Source of the DNA: Acetivibrionales bacterium | GTDB taxonomy: Bacteria > Bacillota > Clostridia > Acetivibrionales > DTU013 | Assembly: GCA_050952225.1 (NCBI GenBank) | Contig: JBMNKL010000001.1 | Location: 238,589 to 302,588, forward strand | Direction: 5' to 3' | DNA: 64,000 nucleotides | Shown here: piece by piece, positions 46,422-54,730 of the stretch | Numbering within the stretch: the first letter of the stretch is position 1 | Layout: every line of letters begins with the position of its first letter | Position numbers and translations under genes: made by a program | The notes under the pieces: model-generated | The model's input: only the letters and a program-made list of their open reading frames with translations | What the model was told of the DNA's origin: nothing | The model's database searches: none

Positions 46422-46934
46422 ATGATGAATAAAAATGTTGTTTTGATAGGAATGCCGGGAGCTGGCAAAAGCACGGTCGGGCGGCTGCTGGCAAAGGCTC
46501 TTGAAATGCCTTTTATCGATACGGATAAATTAATCCGGGACCGGGAAAAAAGCAGCCTCCAGGAGCTGATCAATAAAAAAGGCATCGACGAATTTTTAAG
46601 GATAGAAGAAGAAGTAATCCTGGGCCTCAAAGCAGAAAACCATATAGTCGCTACCGGCGGCAGCGCCGTTTATAGCGAAGCAGCCATAAATCATCTGAAA
46701 TCAGGCGGCATCGTCGTATTTTTGGATGCAAAACCCTACCAGCTGGCAAGGCGTATTAAAAACGCCGAAAAGCGCGGCATAGCAATGAAGAACGGCCAGA
46801 CCCTTGAAGGACTGTACCGTGAAAGGCTTCCCCTTTACAGAAAATATGCAGACATTGAAATCAACTGTTCCGGAAAGCACATCAACGCCATCGTATCTGA
46901 AATCATTGGCTTTTTACGGCACAGCTCCGGTTGA
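46422..46934 (+). CDS. aroK: shikimate kinase
   Basis: VVLIGMPGAGKSTVGRLLA (Walker A), FIDTDKLI, VATGGGSAV. About 170 aa, typical AroK size. The track ORF starts at TTG 46416; ATG 46422 is preferred. Confidence 0.9.
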   Translation: MMNKNVVLIGMPGAGKSTVGRLLAKALEMPFIDTDKLIRDREKSSLQELINKKGIDEFLRIEEEVILGLKAENHIVATGGSAVYSEAAINHLKSGGIVVFLDAKPYQLARRIKNAEKRGIAMKNGQTLEGLYRERLPLYRKYADIEINCSGKHINAIVSEIIGFLRHSSG

Positions 46935-47058
46935 TGGAACCAGAAATCGAAAATTTCCAAAAGCGCGGGATATTTTTTTAAAAATAATGTATAAAGAACA
47001 ATAAAAGGGGGAAATAATAATGTTGACCTCACAAAATACATTTTGACCCCCTTTACAT

Positions 47059-47087
47059 GGTTAGTCGCCAGACTAACCAACTTTTTT
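47059..47087 (+). terminator. intrinsic terminator downstream of aroK
   Basis: GGTTAGTC-GCCA-GACTAACC followed by AACTTTTTT. Confidence 0.55.
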
Positions 47088-47150
47088 GCCTTTTTCAGGC
47101 TATCCTTTGCTTAATCCGGTCTTCGGGTTATATCCTCAGAACGTCCGTTT

Positions 47151-47247
47151 TGTGGATATGCAGTTGTGGATAATGTTGATAAGTCTGTGAATAAGCCCGT
47201 TTTTATTGAATATTTAGCCGTTTATACTGCCGAAAACCTGTGGATAA
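47151..47247. promoter_or_regulatory. cluster of four co-oriented DnaA boxes
   Basis: Plus strand: TGTGGATAT (47151-47159, 1 mismatch), TGTGGATAA (47165-47173, perfect), TGTGAATAA (47186-47194, 1 mismatch), TGTGGATAA (47239-47247, perfect). All are the complement of the consensus TTATCCACA. They lie in a convergent intergenic region between aroK and the GGDEF-EAL gene. Confidence 0.65.
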
Positions 47248-47266
47248 CTAAAAACCCGCCTTAAAT

Positions 47267-49858
47267 CTAAAGGAGCTTGTTCACATCTTCTTCAGGTATA
47301 GGCCTGGAATAGAAAAAACCCTGGACCATGTCACATTTATGCCGGAGCAGGTATTCCACCTGTTCCTCGTTTTCAACCCCTTCCGCGACAACAACAAGTT
47401 TTCTCTGATGGCCTATATGTATGATGGATTCCACCATATTGCTTTCGTCTCCCGGTATGTCGTCGACAAAGCTTTTGTCGATTTTTAAAGTATTGATAGG
47501 TAACTGCTTCAAATAGCTAAGAGATGAAAAGCCTTTGCCGAAATCGTCAATAGATATTTTTACCCCGTTTTTCCTCAGTTCCTGGAGCTTCCTTAAATTG
47601 AAATCAATTGATTCAACGAGCTTGGATTCAGTAAGCTCAAGCTCAAGCAACTCAGGATTAAGGCCTGTCTGCTCAAGTATACCCATAACCGTATCGACAA
47701 AATCGTCCTGCATAAGCTGCATGACGGAAATATTTACAGATATCCTGAAATTGCTCTGCATGCGGTCGTTTATTCTCTTTATAAATTCACAGGCGGTTTT
47801 CAAAACCCACTTGCCTATTCGAATTATCAAACCGGTTTCCTCGGCTATCCTTATAAAATTCAGCGGTGGAATAATGCCGCGTTCAGGATGCACCCATCTT
47901 ATCAAGGCTTCAAAGCCGCATATCTTTCCTGTCGCCAGCTCAATCTGCGGCTGGTAGTGAAGTACAAATTGATTCTCCTCTATTGCTTTATGTAAACCGT
48001 TCTCCATGTTTATCCGCTCGGTTAACTCATCATTCATTTCATTTCTGAAGAAAACCTGCTTGTTCTTGCCTTCTTTCTTTGCGCTGTGCATTGCCAGGTC
48101 GGAATTTCTAAGCATTTCCTCCATACTGCCCGCATCTTCCGGGTATATCGATATACCACAGCTGGCAGTAATATGTACCTGTTTTCCCATTACTGAAAAC
48201 GGTTCGCTGAAAATGGCGCCTATCATGTTAACTTTTTCATCCAGTTCTCTTTTGTCCCGTATGTTATTTAAGAATATGAAAAATTCGTCCCCTTCAAACC
48301 TGGCAACAATGGCGCTTCTTGAAAACGTCTTTTTCAGCCGTTTGCCGATTTCAACAAGAAGCTTGTCCCCCGCTGAATGCCCGAAGGAATCATTTATATA
48401 TTTCAGGTTGTCCAGGTCAAGGTTGAACAGGGCACATTTCCTGGTTCTGCTCCTCCTGGACAAGGCTTTCTTCATTGCCTCGTAAAGAGCATTGCGGTTT
48501 GGCAACCCGGTGAGGGGATCCTTAAAAGTAAACTGCCTTATTGTTTCTTCGGTAGCGGCTAATTCATTATATACAGCTGAGAGTTCTTCAAAGCTGTTCT
48601 GGAGCTTTTTTTCCTGGTCCACCCTATCCGTTATATTGATGCCCAGGATTTCTATCAGGTTGTTGTCTTCCTTGTCGGTGATTACATTGCAGTAAACGTA
48701 GACAGGCTTGCCGCTTCCGCGCTTTAATGAAAGTTCAAGCGCCGTGCAGCTGTTTTGATGCTGGAAATCCGAAATGGCGTCCTTCAGCTTTTCGATGTCA
48801 TCCCGCGATAACAACTCGTAAATATTCTCCACTTTGTCCATCCCGAAGCTGTCAAAGTAATCCAGTATGTCATCGGCATACCTGTTGGTTGAAACGATTG
48901 TGCCGTCCCTTTCAATTTCTATAACCATCAGGTTTGTCATGTCTGTAATTCTCAATGTATTCATCTGCTGCCTTTGCAGATTTATTTTCATCAGGCGCAG
49001 GCGTGTCAGCGCAAATGCTATAATAAGCGACGATACCAGTATAAATATGAATATCACGGCAAAAACATGGTTCAGTCTTTCAAATGCCGCATTTTTAGGC
49101 AGCGTCACCGCTATTGACCATCCCGTATTTTTTATAGGGGAAAAGCCCATTATCCTTTCTTCGCCATCATAAAAGTAACTCCCGGCCCCGCTCTGCCCTG
49201 AAACCATCCTTGTTTCAAGCGCGACCAGATCCTGTAATTCAGGGTCGTCTTTTCCCGTTTTCAAATCATTCCTTATATCGTATATAAACTGCCTGTTTTC
49301 GTGGGCAATTATATCCCCGTCTCTATTCAAAATAAACGTATACCCGTTCTCGTTCAGCCTGATATCGTCCGTCATCCGGCTTAAAACATCAGCATCATAT
49401 GTTATGCAAAGGACGCCGTTTATCCTGCCGTACTCAAAAACAGGAACAGCAACCACATATGCCATCGAATTGTCCTGCCGGCAGATGAACGGATCGGAAA
49501 CCGCCGGTTTCCCGTTCATTGCTTTAACATAATATTCCTGATCGTAAATATTTGATTCCGTACCATCCAGCGACACTGAGATTCCATTTGCGTCCGTAAT
49601 GCTTAAACTTTTGTGCTTATCCGGGTTAAATTGCTTTTTCAGTTCAGCCAGGCGTTCTTCCACCGGTAAACCTGAATTGCTGATTATACTGTTTGAGGAT
49701 ATTGACCCGGCCTCGGACAGGCAGCCGGAAAGATAGGCTTCAATAGTTGCGGCCCTTTGTTCCGCATAGCGTATTAATGTATTCTCCAGGTCGGAATAGA
49801 GCATCCGGGTAACCGTGCTGTAAATAATCAGGCCCGTTATCAAAGCTATAACGGCCAT
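47267..49858 (-). CDS. membrane sensor protein: Cache-like periplasmic domain, PAS, GGDEF and EAL domains (c-di-GMP turnover)
   Basis: 863 aa with two TM helices flanking a ~250-aa extracytoplasmic Cache-like domain, followed by a PAS-like region. The GGDEF domain has a variant active site RFEGDEFFIF (EGDEF). The EAL domain has intact EALIRW, DDFGKGFSSLSYL, KIDKSFV and EGVENEEQ. Confidence 0.9.
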   Translation of the reverse strand: MAVIALITGLIIYSTVTRMLYSDLENTLIRYAEQRAATIEAYLSGCLSEAGSISSNSIISNSGLPVEERLAELKKQFNPDKHKSLSITDANGISVSLDGTESNIYDQEYYVKAMNGKPAVSDPFICRQDNSMAYVVAVPVFEYGRINGVLCITYDADVLSRMTDDIRLNENGYTFILNRDGDIIAHENRQFIYDIRNDLKTGKDDPELQDLVALETRMVSGQSGAGSYFYDGEERIMGFSPIKNTGWSIAVTLPKNAAFERLNHVFAVIFIFILVSSLIIAFALTRLRLMKINLQRQQMNTLRITDMTNLMVIEIERDGTIVSTNRYADDILDYFDSFGMDKVENIYELLSRDDIEKLKDAISDFQHQNSCTALELSLKRGSGKPVYVYCNVITDKEDNNLIEILGINITDRVDQEKKLQNSFEELSAVYNELAATEETIRQFTFKDPLTGLPNRNALYEAMKKALSRRSRTRKCALFNLDLDNLKYINDSFGHSAGDKLLVEIGKRLKKTFSRSAIVARFEGDEFFIFLNNIRDKRELDEKVNMIGAIFSEPFSVMGKQVHITASCGISIYPEDAGSMEEMLRNSDLAMHSAKKEGKNKQVFFRNEMNDELTERINMENGLHKAIEENQFVLHYQPQIELATGKICGFEALIRWVHPERGIIPPLNFIRIAEETGLIIRIGKWVLKTACEFIKRINDRMQSNFRISVNISVMQLMQDDFVDTVMGILEQTGLNPELLELELTESKLVESIDFNLRKLQELRKNGVKISIDDFGKGFSSLSYLKQLPINTLKIDKSFVDDIPGDESNMVESIIHIGHQRKLVVVAEGVENEEQVEYLLRHKCDMVQGFFYSRPIPEEDVNKLL

Positions 49859-50071
49859 TTTAAGCGTTTGTACAATGACAGAGTTTTCATTAAGCCTTTT
49901 CAGAAAATCACCTTCTATTAATCTTTTGTGTTTTGTCCCGCCACTTTATATATCGGAACCAAGGTCAAATTATAGAAGCAATTTGTGCTTAATATTCCAC
50001 AAATTGCCCCCTCCTGGCGTTTTAATCCGGGCCGGACATGCCGGCCGGGACTTAACCCTCCATAAAATGCG

Positions 50072-50311
50072 CTAACTTTTCAATTCTTCCATACAAGCCC
50101 GGCAAATATTCTTACCCCTGTAACTGATAATATCTTTTGCATTTCCACAGAAAATGCAGGCTGGTTCATATTTTTTAAGTACAATACTGGCTCCGTCTAT
50201 AAAAATCTCCAGGGCGTCTTTCTCCGCTATATTCAGAGTCCTTCTCAATTCGACCGGCAATACTATCCTGCCAAGTTCATCAACTTTTCTTACTATACCG
50301 GTAGACCGCAT
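50072..50311 (-). CDS. abrB: AbrB-family transition-state regulator
   Basis: MRSTGIVRKVDELGRIVLPVELRRTLNIAEKDALEIF is near-identical in pattern to the B. subtilis AbrB N-terminal swapped-hairpin domain. The short C-terminus carries CIFCG ... CRAC, as in clostridial AbrB homologues. Confidence 0.9.
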   Translation of the reverse strand: MRSTGIVRKVDELGRIVLPVELRRTLNIAEKDALEIFIDGASIVLKKYEPACIFCGNAKDIISYRGKNICRACMEELKS

Positions 50312-50464
50312 TCAGTCACCTCCCGCTTTATACCAGTATATGCACGCTTCTCACAAAAGTGCCATACATGGAGGAAAGGTATTATCATGTTAATGTAAAT
50401 AATACACTTTATTCCCTAATAAATTAATGAATTTTTTCTAGATTCTACCCTGAAAAATGTCAGT

Positions 50465-51568
50465 TTATGTCTGTTTGTCCGCGCTATTCCTGTATTTGCT
50501 CGGACTCATTCCCATGTATTTCTTGAAAATCCTGCTGAAGTATTCGGCATCTTTATAGCCCATCATCAGGGCCGCCTCATACGTCTTCAAACCGTTTTTG
50601 ACCAGCAGCCTGGACGCTCTTTTCATTTTTACCCTTGTTATATACTCGATCAGCAATTCTCCTGTTTTTTGCCTGAATACTTCGCCCAGGTATTTCCTGT
50701 TCATATAAAGGGCTTTTGATATTCCTTCTATGGAAACCTTGTTATCCACTGTTTCCAGCACATGCCTGGATATTCTGTTCTCGATTTGCCCCCTGTTGCT
50801 ACCATATTCCAGCCCGGTTATCGTCTCAAACAGTTCTCTTACTGATGCCTGAAAGGATTCTGACGCTTCTTTGGCACTGCCCATGCCCGTAAAATCGATT
50901 CCTTTGTATTTTTGAACGTCAACAAACTTTTCCAGCCATTGATAGTACATTGACAGCTGCCTCGTCAACTCGGCCATTGTCCGCTTAAAAACCATGCCCG
51001 CCATTATCATGTTATCCCCGAACACCGCTTCGATGGCATCCGTAAGCCTGCCGGCATTCTTCATAACATCGGGGGACTTGACCTTGAACGCTTCAACCAG
51101 CTGCTCGAGTTCAACTACGGGCAGATGGTCTTCCAGCTTTTCTTCCAATCCTGATTTAAGGCTGTTTACAAATTCCCGCTCTTCCTTTTTTTGCAATAGA
51201 AATTTCCTGGCTCTTTTAAGCATGCCGGCCAGTTCATCCTGGTTCACCGGTTTATTGAGGTAATCAAAGGCACCGTATTGTATACCTTGCTTTGCGTATG
51301 TGAAATCTTCGTGGTCACTCAGAAGCACCACGCAAGGACACAGTTTATCCCTGGTTACCTCCTTTAACAGTTCAATGCCGTCTATTTTCGGCATTTTTAT
51401 ATCGGTTATCAATAAATCGATGCGGCGGCTGCGAAGTATGTCAAGCGCCTCCTGGCCATTCTGCGCCTCCGCTGCGATTTTAAACCCCGTATCTTCATTC
51501 CACAGATTCATCCGTGCAATATGCCTGCGGCTTGTATCCATATCATCAACCAACATAACGCTGTACAA
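50465..51568 (-). CDS. response regulator with AraC-type HTH output (YesN-like)
   Basis: REC domain (MLVDDMD, DLLITDIKMPKIDG, KP) plus a C-terminal AraC/XylS double HTH (IEGISKALYMNRKYLGEVFRQ, YEAALMMGYKDAEYFSRIFKKYMGMSPSKYR). No cognate histidine kinase is adjacent. Confidence 0.88.
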   Translation of the reverse strand: MYSVMLVDDMDTSRRHIARMNLWNEDTGFKIAAEAQNGQEALDILRSRRIDLLITDIKMPKIDGIELLKEVTRDKLCPCVVLLSDHEDFTYAKQGIQYGAFDYLNKPVNQDELAGMLKRARKFLLQKKEEREFVNSLKSGLEEKLEDHLPVVELEQLVEAFKVKSPDVMKNAGRLTDAIEAVFGDNMIMAGMVFKRTMAELTRQLSMYYQWLEKFVDVQKYKGIDFTGMGSAKEASESFQASVRELFETITGLEYGSNRGQIENRISRHVLETVDNKVSIEGISKALYMNRKYLGEVFRQKTGELLIEYITRVKMKRASRLLVKNGLKTYEAALMMGYKDAEYFSRIFKKYMGMSPSKYRNSADKQT

Positions 51569-51718
51569 TAAGAATCACCTCGCCATGACATGTTTCGACA
51601 ACCTTCGATAGACAAAAAGCTATAAACAGGCACACAGATAATATTAGCATAAAATTGCTTGTAATGGTAACAAAAATATTCTGATTTTTTGTAGTGTTTT
51701 ACTGTTAATGAGTAACAA

Positions 51719-52048
51719 ATGTTCATGGGTTTCATGAAAATCGGGGTTTCTTTAATGACAGCATTCACACTAGTCATTTTCCTGGCTGCCTGGCTTGATA
51801 TCAGCGAGTTGCTGTTTATACTGCTGTTGTTATGGTTTTATTCGTTCTTCGACTGTATAAACAGGCGCTATTCAAGTGATGAGGAATTTGCCGCCATGGA
51901 GGATTATTACCTGTTTTCCATAGACAAACTGCTGGCGTCAAGCAGCAAACTGTCAGCGATACGCAAGCCGTTGGCAGGTATACTGTTGCTTCTCTTGGGA
52001 TTATACCTGGTATGGAACAACCTGCTGATGAGCTGCCGCTGGCAATGA
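51719..52048 (+). CDS. small membrane protein, unknown function
   Basis: 109 aa with three hydrophobic helices. No recognisable family. Confidence 0.45.
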   Translation: MFMGFMKIGVSLMTAFTLVIFLAAWLDISELLFILLLLWFYSFFDCINRRYSSDEEFAAMEDYYLFSIDKLLASSSKLSAIRKPLAGILLLLLGLYLVWNNLLMSCRWQ

Positions 52049-52105
52049 AGCCGGTCTGCCCTCATAAGAAGCATTGTTTCCGCTTCGTCAGCAATAAACA
52101 AAGTC

Positions 52106-52140
52106 AGAGCCTGTCAGCTATTATGCCGACAGGCTCTTTT
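52106..52140. terminator. hairpin between convergent units (possible bidirectional terminator)
   Basis: AGAGCCTGTC ... GACAGGCTCT (10-bp stem) with short T-rich tails on both strands. Confidence 0.45.
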
Positions 52141-52148
52141 GCTGTACC

Positions 52149-52225
52149 TGGTGCGCCCAGTAGGACTTGAACCCGCAACCTTCTGGTCCGTAGCCAGACG
52201 CTCTATCCAGTTGAGCTATGGGCGC
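52149..52225 (-). tRNA. tRNA-Arg (anticodon ACG), CCA encoded
   Basis: Reverse complement is GCGCCCA-TA-GCTC-AACTGGATA-GAGC-G-TCTGG-CTACGGA-CCAGA-AGGTT-GCGGG-TTCAAGT-CCTAC-TGGGCGC-A-CCA. All arms fold, apart from one C-A mismatch in the T stem. Confidence 0.85.
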
Positions 52226-52331
52226 GTTATTGTCAGCGCCGCCTTCATGTCCGTCCGGCCATGTCAACGGCGCATATACTATGATAATACATCCGGTTCG
52301 CAAAATCAACTGTATTTATTCGGGACTGGCT

Positions 52332-53390
52332 TCAACCCTTGCCCTTGGCAATAATACTCTTTCTGTAGGCTTCGCCTTCCCAGTTCAGTATAAACCCGAT
52401 ATCCTTGTCCGACATTGTCTTCAGCGTCAAACCGCTTTTCTTGACCCAGCTTATTATATAGAAGTATGCGGCAAGCGTCTCCTCCATACCCATGGCTTCG
52501 TTCAGGGATGCCGTATAGACCAGGTCACCCGTTTTAGGGTTGATGTTCAGCTTTTTACCGGTTCCGTCAAAGGCGAAATTGCCGTGCAGGTAGACCAGCT
52601 GGTCCGGGTAAAGCACGTTGCTGTCAATAAAGTCAGCGTCAAAATCACCGGACCTGAAAATATCAATAAGATACCGGGTGTCGCTTCTGAAAGTATTTTC
52701 GCTGATTTCCCTGAGCCTGATCTCCGGGAATTTCTCATCAATCCCCAGGTAAGCCTTGATGGTGTCGTTGATTTCGTCATGCAGCTCTGCACAGGCTTTG
52801 GCGTCATCATCGGTAACAATCAGCCCGTGGTTTTCCATAAATATAACCTGGGGAAACCTATCGCCGCTGTCCAGGGATTTCCTGACATACTCGTTTATTT
52901 TCAAGGTAAGCGCGAACCCCGGGCTGATATACGGAATCCATACCGTCTTGTAATCCTTGTTTCCGAATATCCGCCGGACCAGCCCGGAACCGTTTTGGGC
53001 GCAGCAAAGAATATTGGCATATACGGCGTGGGTGTGGATGACATACTTTTGCAGGATGGAGTGAAACCCTGCCTCCACCGAGGGACGAAGCCTGGCAAGA
53101 CCTTCGTATTCAACCACGTTGCTCCTTACAAATTCGGCGCTTTCCTTCTCGTAATCCCTGTCGGCACTCAATTCAACATTATTGTGATATTCCTTTATGT
53201 TCTTGTAGTTGATTACAACAAATCCTTCCCTGGCCGTAACCTGTTTTAGCTTGAATCCGGATGCTTTAACCGCCATGAGCGTATCATCCAGCTTGGCGGA
53301 GGTGTTCCCGCCGCCTCCCTGCGTATAGTCACAGCGGTTTCCCGCCTTCTGAGATATATATTCCAGTCCCTCTAAAGCCTTTTTGATCAT
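52332..53390 (-). CDS. class II aldolase/adducin-family protein, putative rhamnulose-1-phosphate aldolase (RhaE-type domain)
   Basis: The N-terminal motif YTQGGGGNTSAKL ... VKASGFKLK is as I remember it from the aldolase half of the Bacillus bifunctional RhaEW (YuxG). It is the last gene of the rhaB-rhaA operon. Start set to ATG 53390, which has GGAGG just upstream. Confidence 0.7.
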   Translation of the reverse strand: MIKKALEGLEYISQKAGNRCDYTQGGGGNTSAKLDDTLMAVKASGFKLKQVTAREGFVVINYKNIKEYHNNVELSADRDYEKESAEFVRSNVVEYEGLARLRPSVEAGFHSILQKYVIHTHAVYANILCCAQNGSGLVRRIFGNKDYKTVWIPYISPGFALTLKINEYVRKSLDSGDRFPQVIFMENHGLIVTDDDAKACAELHDEINDTIKAYLGIDEKFPEIRLREISENTFRSDTRYLIDIFRSGDFDADFIDSNVLYPDQLVYLHGNFAFDGTGKKLNINPKTGDLVYTASLNEAMGMEETLAAYFYIISWVKKSGLTLKTMSDKDIGFILNWEGEAYRKSIIAKGKG

Positions 53391-53402
53391 GGTACCCTCC
53401 AA

Positions 53403-54680
53403 TCACGTCCTCTTTTGAAGCACGGTTTCCTCGTATTTCTGAATCTCCTTCAGCCAGTCAGAGCCCACAGGAACTCCCATTTCGAAACAGAATTTATCCC
53501 ACACGGCTCCAAATGGCAGGCTTTTGAATTCCTCCATCAAGGCAAGTCTGTTGCCGTAATTTCCGGCTTTTTCCGCATCGGTTATAAGATGGGTGGGTTC
53601 GAGCAGTGAAATCAGTATGGACTTCAATGCCGCTCTTGTACCGGTAACCCAGGCGGTAATACGGTTGATGCTTCCGTCAAAAAAGTCAAGGGCGTAATAT
53701 ACCCTGTCAAAGGCATTGCATCTTTTGATTTCCTGGGCCACCGCCAAAAGGTCGTCGTTCAGTATGACTACATGGTCGCTGTCCCAGCGCACCGGCCGGC
53801 TGACATGAAGCAGAAGGTCGTCGGTGTAGGGAAGAACCGCGGATATCTTGTCTGCGATGCTTTCTGTAAGATGGAAATGTCCCATGTCCATGCAAACAGT
53901 AATTTTATTCTTAAGGGCATAGCTCAGGACAAATTCATGGGAACATACGGTGTAGGATTCCACACCAATACCGAACAATTTGCTTTCCAGCGCATCGATC
54001 AGATATTTCCTGTCATATTTCTCTTCCAGTATTTCATCCAGGGATTTCTTCATCTGGAGCCGGTAGCCCAGCCGGTCGGCAGGAACGTCTTTCATTCCGT
54101 CCGGAAGCCATATGTTCATGACGCAGGGAGTGCCAAGCTCTTTGCCGATGTCGGCCGCTATTCTCCGGCAAGCCTTGACATGCCGTACCCAGAAGGAACG
54201 GACCTTTTCATCCTTGCTGCCCAGCGTGAACCCTGATGCAGCCATGGGGTGGCCAAAACAGGTAGGGTTGAAGTCGATACCGATGCCAAGTTTTTTTGCC
54301 CAGTCGATCCACTTTCTGAAATGGCGGGTTTCTATCTGGTCCCTTTCTACGGTTTCACCGTCCGTTTCCAGGTAAATGGCGTGAAGATTGACCCTGTGCT
54401 TACCCGGGATAAGGCTGAAGGCTTTTTCGTAGTCTGCCCTGAGCTCATCGCCGTTTCTCGCCCGGCCGGGGTAGTTTCCGGTGCTTAAAATCCCTCCGTC
54501 CGGCCCCCCGGCATTGGCTTCAAAGCCCCTTACATCATCACCCTGCCAGCAGTGCAGGGATATCTTCATTTCTTTGATTTTCTCCAGGACCGAATCGGTA
54601 TCAACCCCATAAGCCGAATAAACTTTTCTGGCATAGGAATAACCCTCGTTAATCCTTTCTCTCAGGCTGACATCACTCAT
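53403..54680 (-). CDS. rhaA: L-rhamnose isomerase
   Basis: SLHCWQGDDVRGFE, NLHAIYLETDG, FNPTCFGHP, CMDMGHFH and PVRWDSDHVV are typical of RhaA. Start ATG 54680 has an AAGGAG RBS 8 nt upstream. Confidence 0.9.
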   Translation of the reverse strand: MSDVSLRERINEGYSYARKVYSAYGVDTDSVLEKIKEMKISLHCWQGDDVRGFEANAGGPDGGILSTGNYPGRARNGDELRADYEKAFSLIPGKHRVNLHAIYLETDGETVERDQIETRHFRKWIDWAKKLGIGIDFNPTCFGHPMAASGFTLGSKDEKVRSFWVRHVKACRRIAADIGKELGTPCVMNIWLPDGMKDVPADRLGYRLQMKKSLDEILEEKYDRKYLIDALESKLFGIGVESYTVCSHEFVLSYALKNKITVCMDMGHFHLTESIADKISAVLPYTDDLLLHVSRPVRWDSDHVVILNDDLLAVAQEIKRCNAFDRVYYALDFFDGSINRITAWVTGTRAALKSILISLLEPTHLITDAEKAGNYGNRLALMEEFKSLPFGAVWDKFCFEMGVPVGSDWLKEIQKYEETVLQKRT

Positions 54681-54730
54681 TTTAACATCTCCTTCCCCAT
54701 TGGTACTGAAACAACACACACAAACACAAT

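Noticed and set aside
47101-47266. DnaA-box cluster as the chromosomal replication origin (oriC)
   Set aside because: There is no dnaA, dnaN or rpmH nearby and no obvious AT-rich unwinding element with repeated 13-mers next to the boxes. The site lies between convergent 3' ends. It is kept as a non-oriC DnaA-box cluster.
51593-51601. Spo0A-box-like motif TTGTCGAAA (minus strand) just upstream of the AraC-type response regulator gene
   Set aside because: A single 7-9-nt match is expected by chance in a 64-kb window. There is no second box and no promoter context that I could support.
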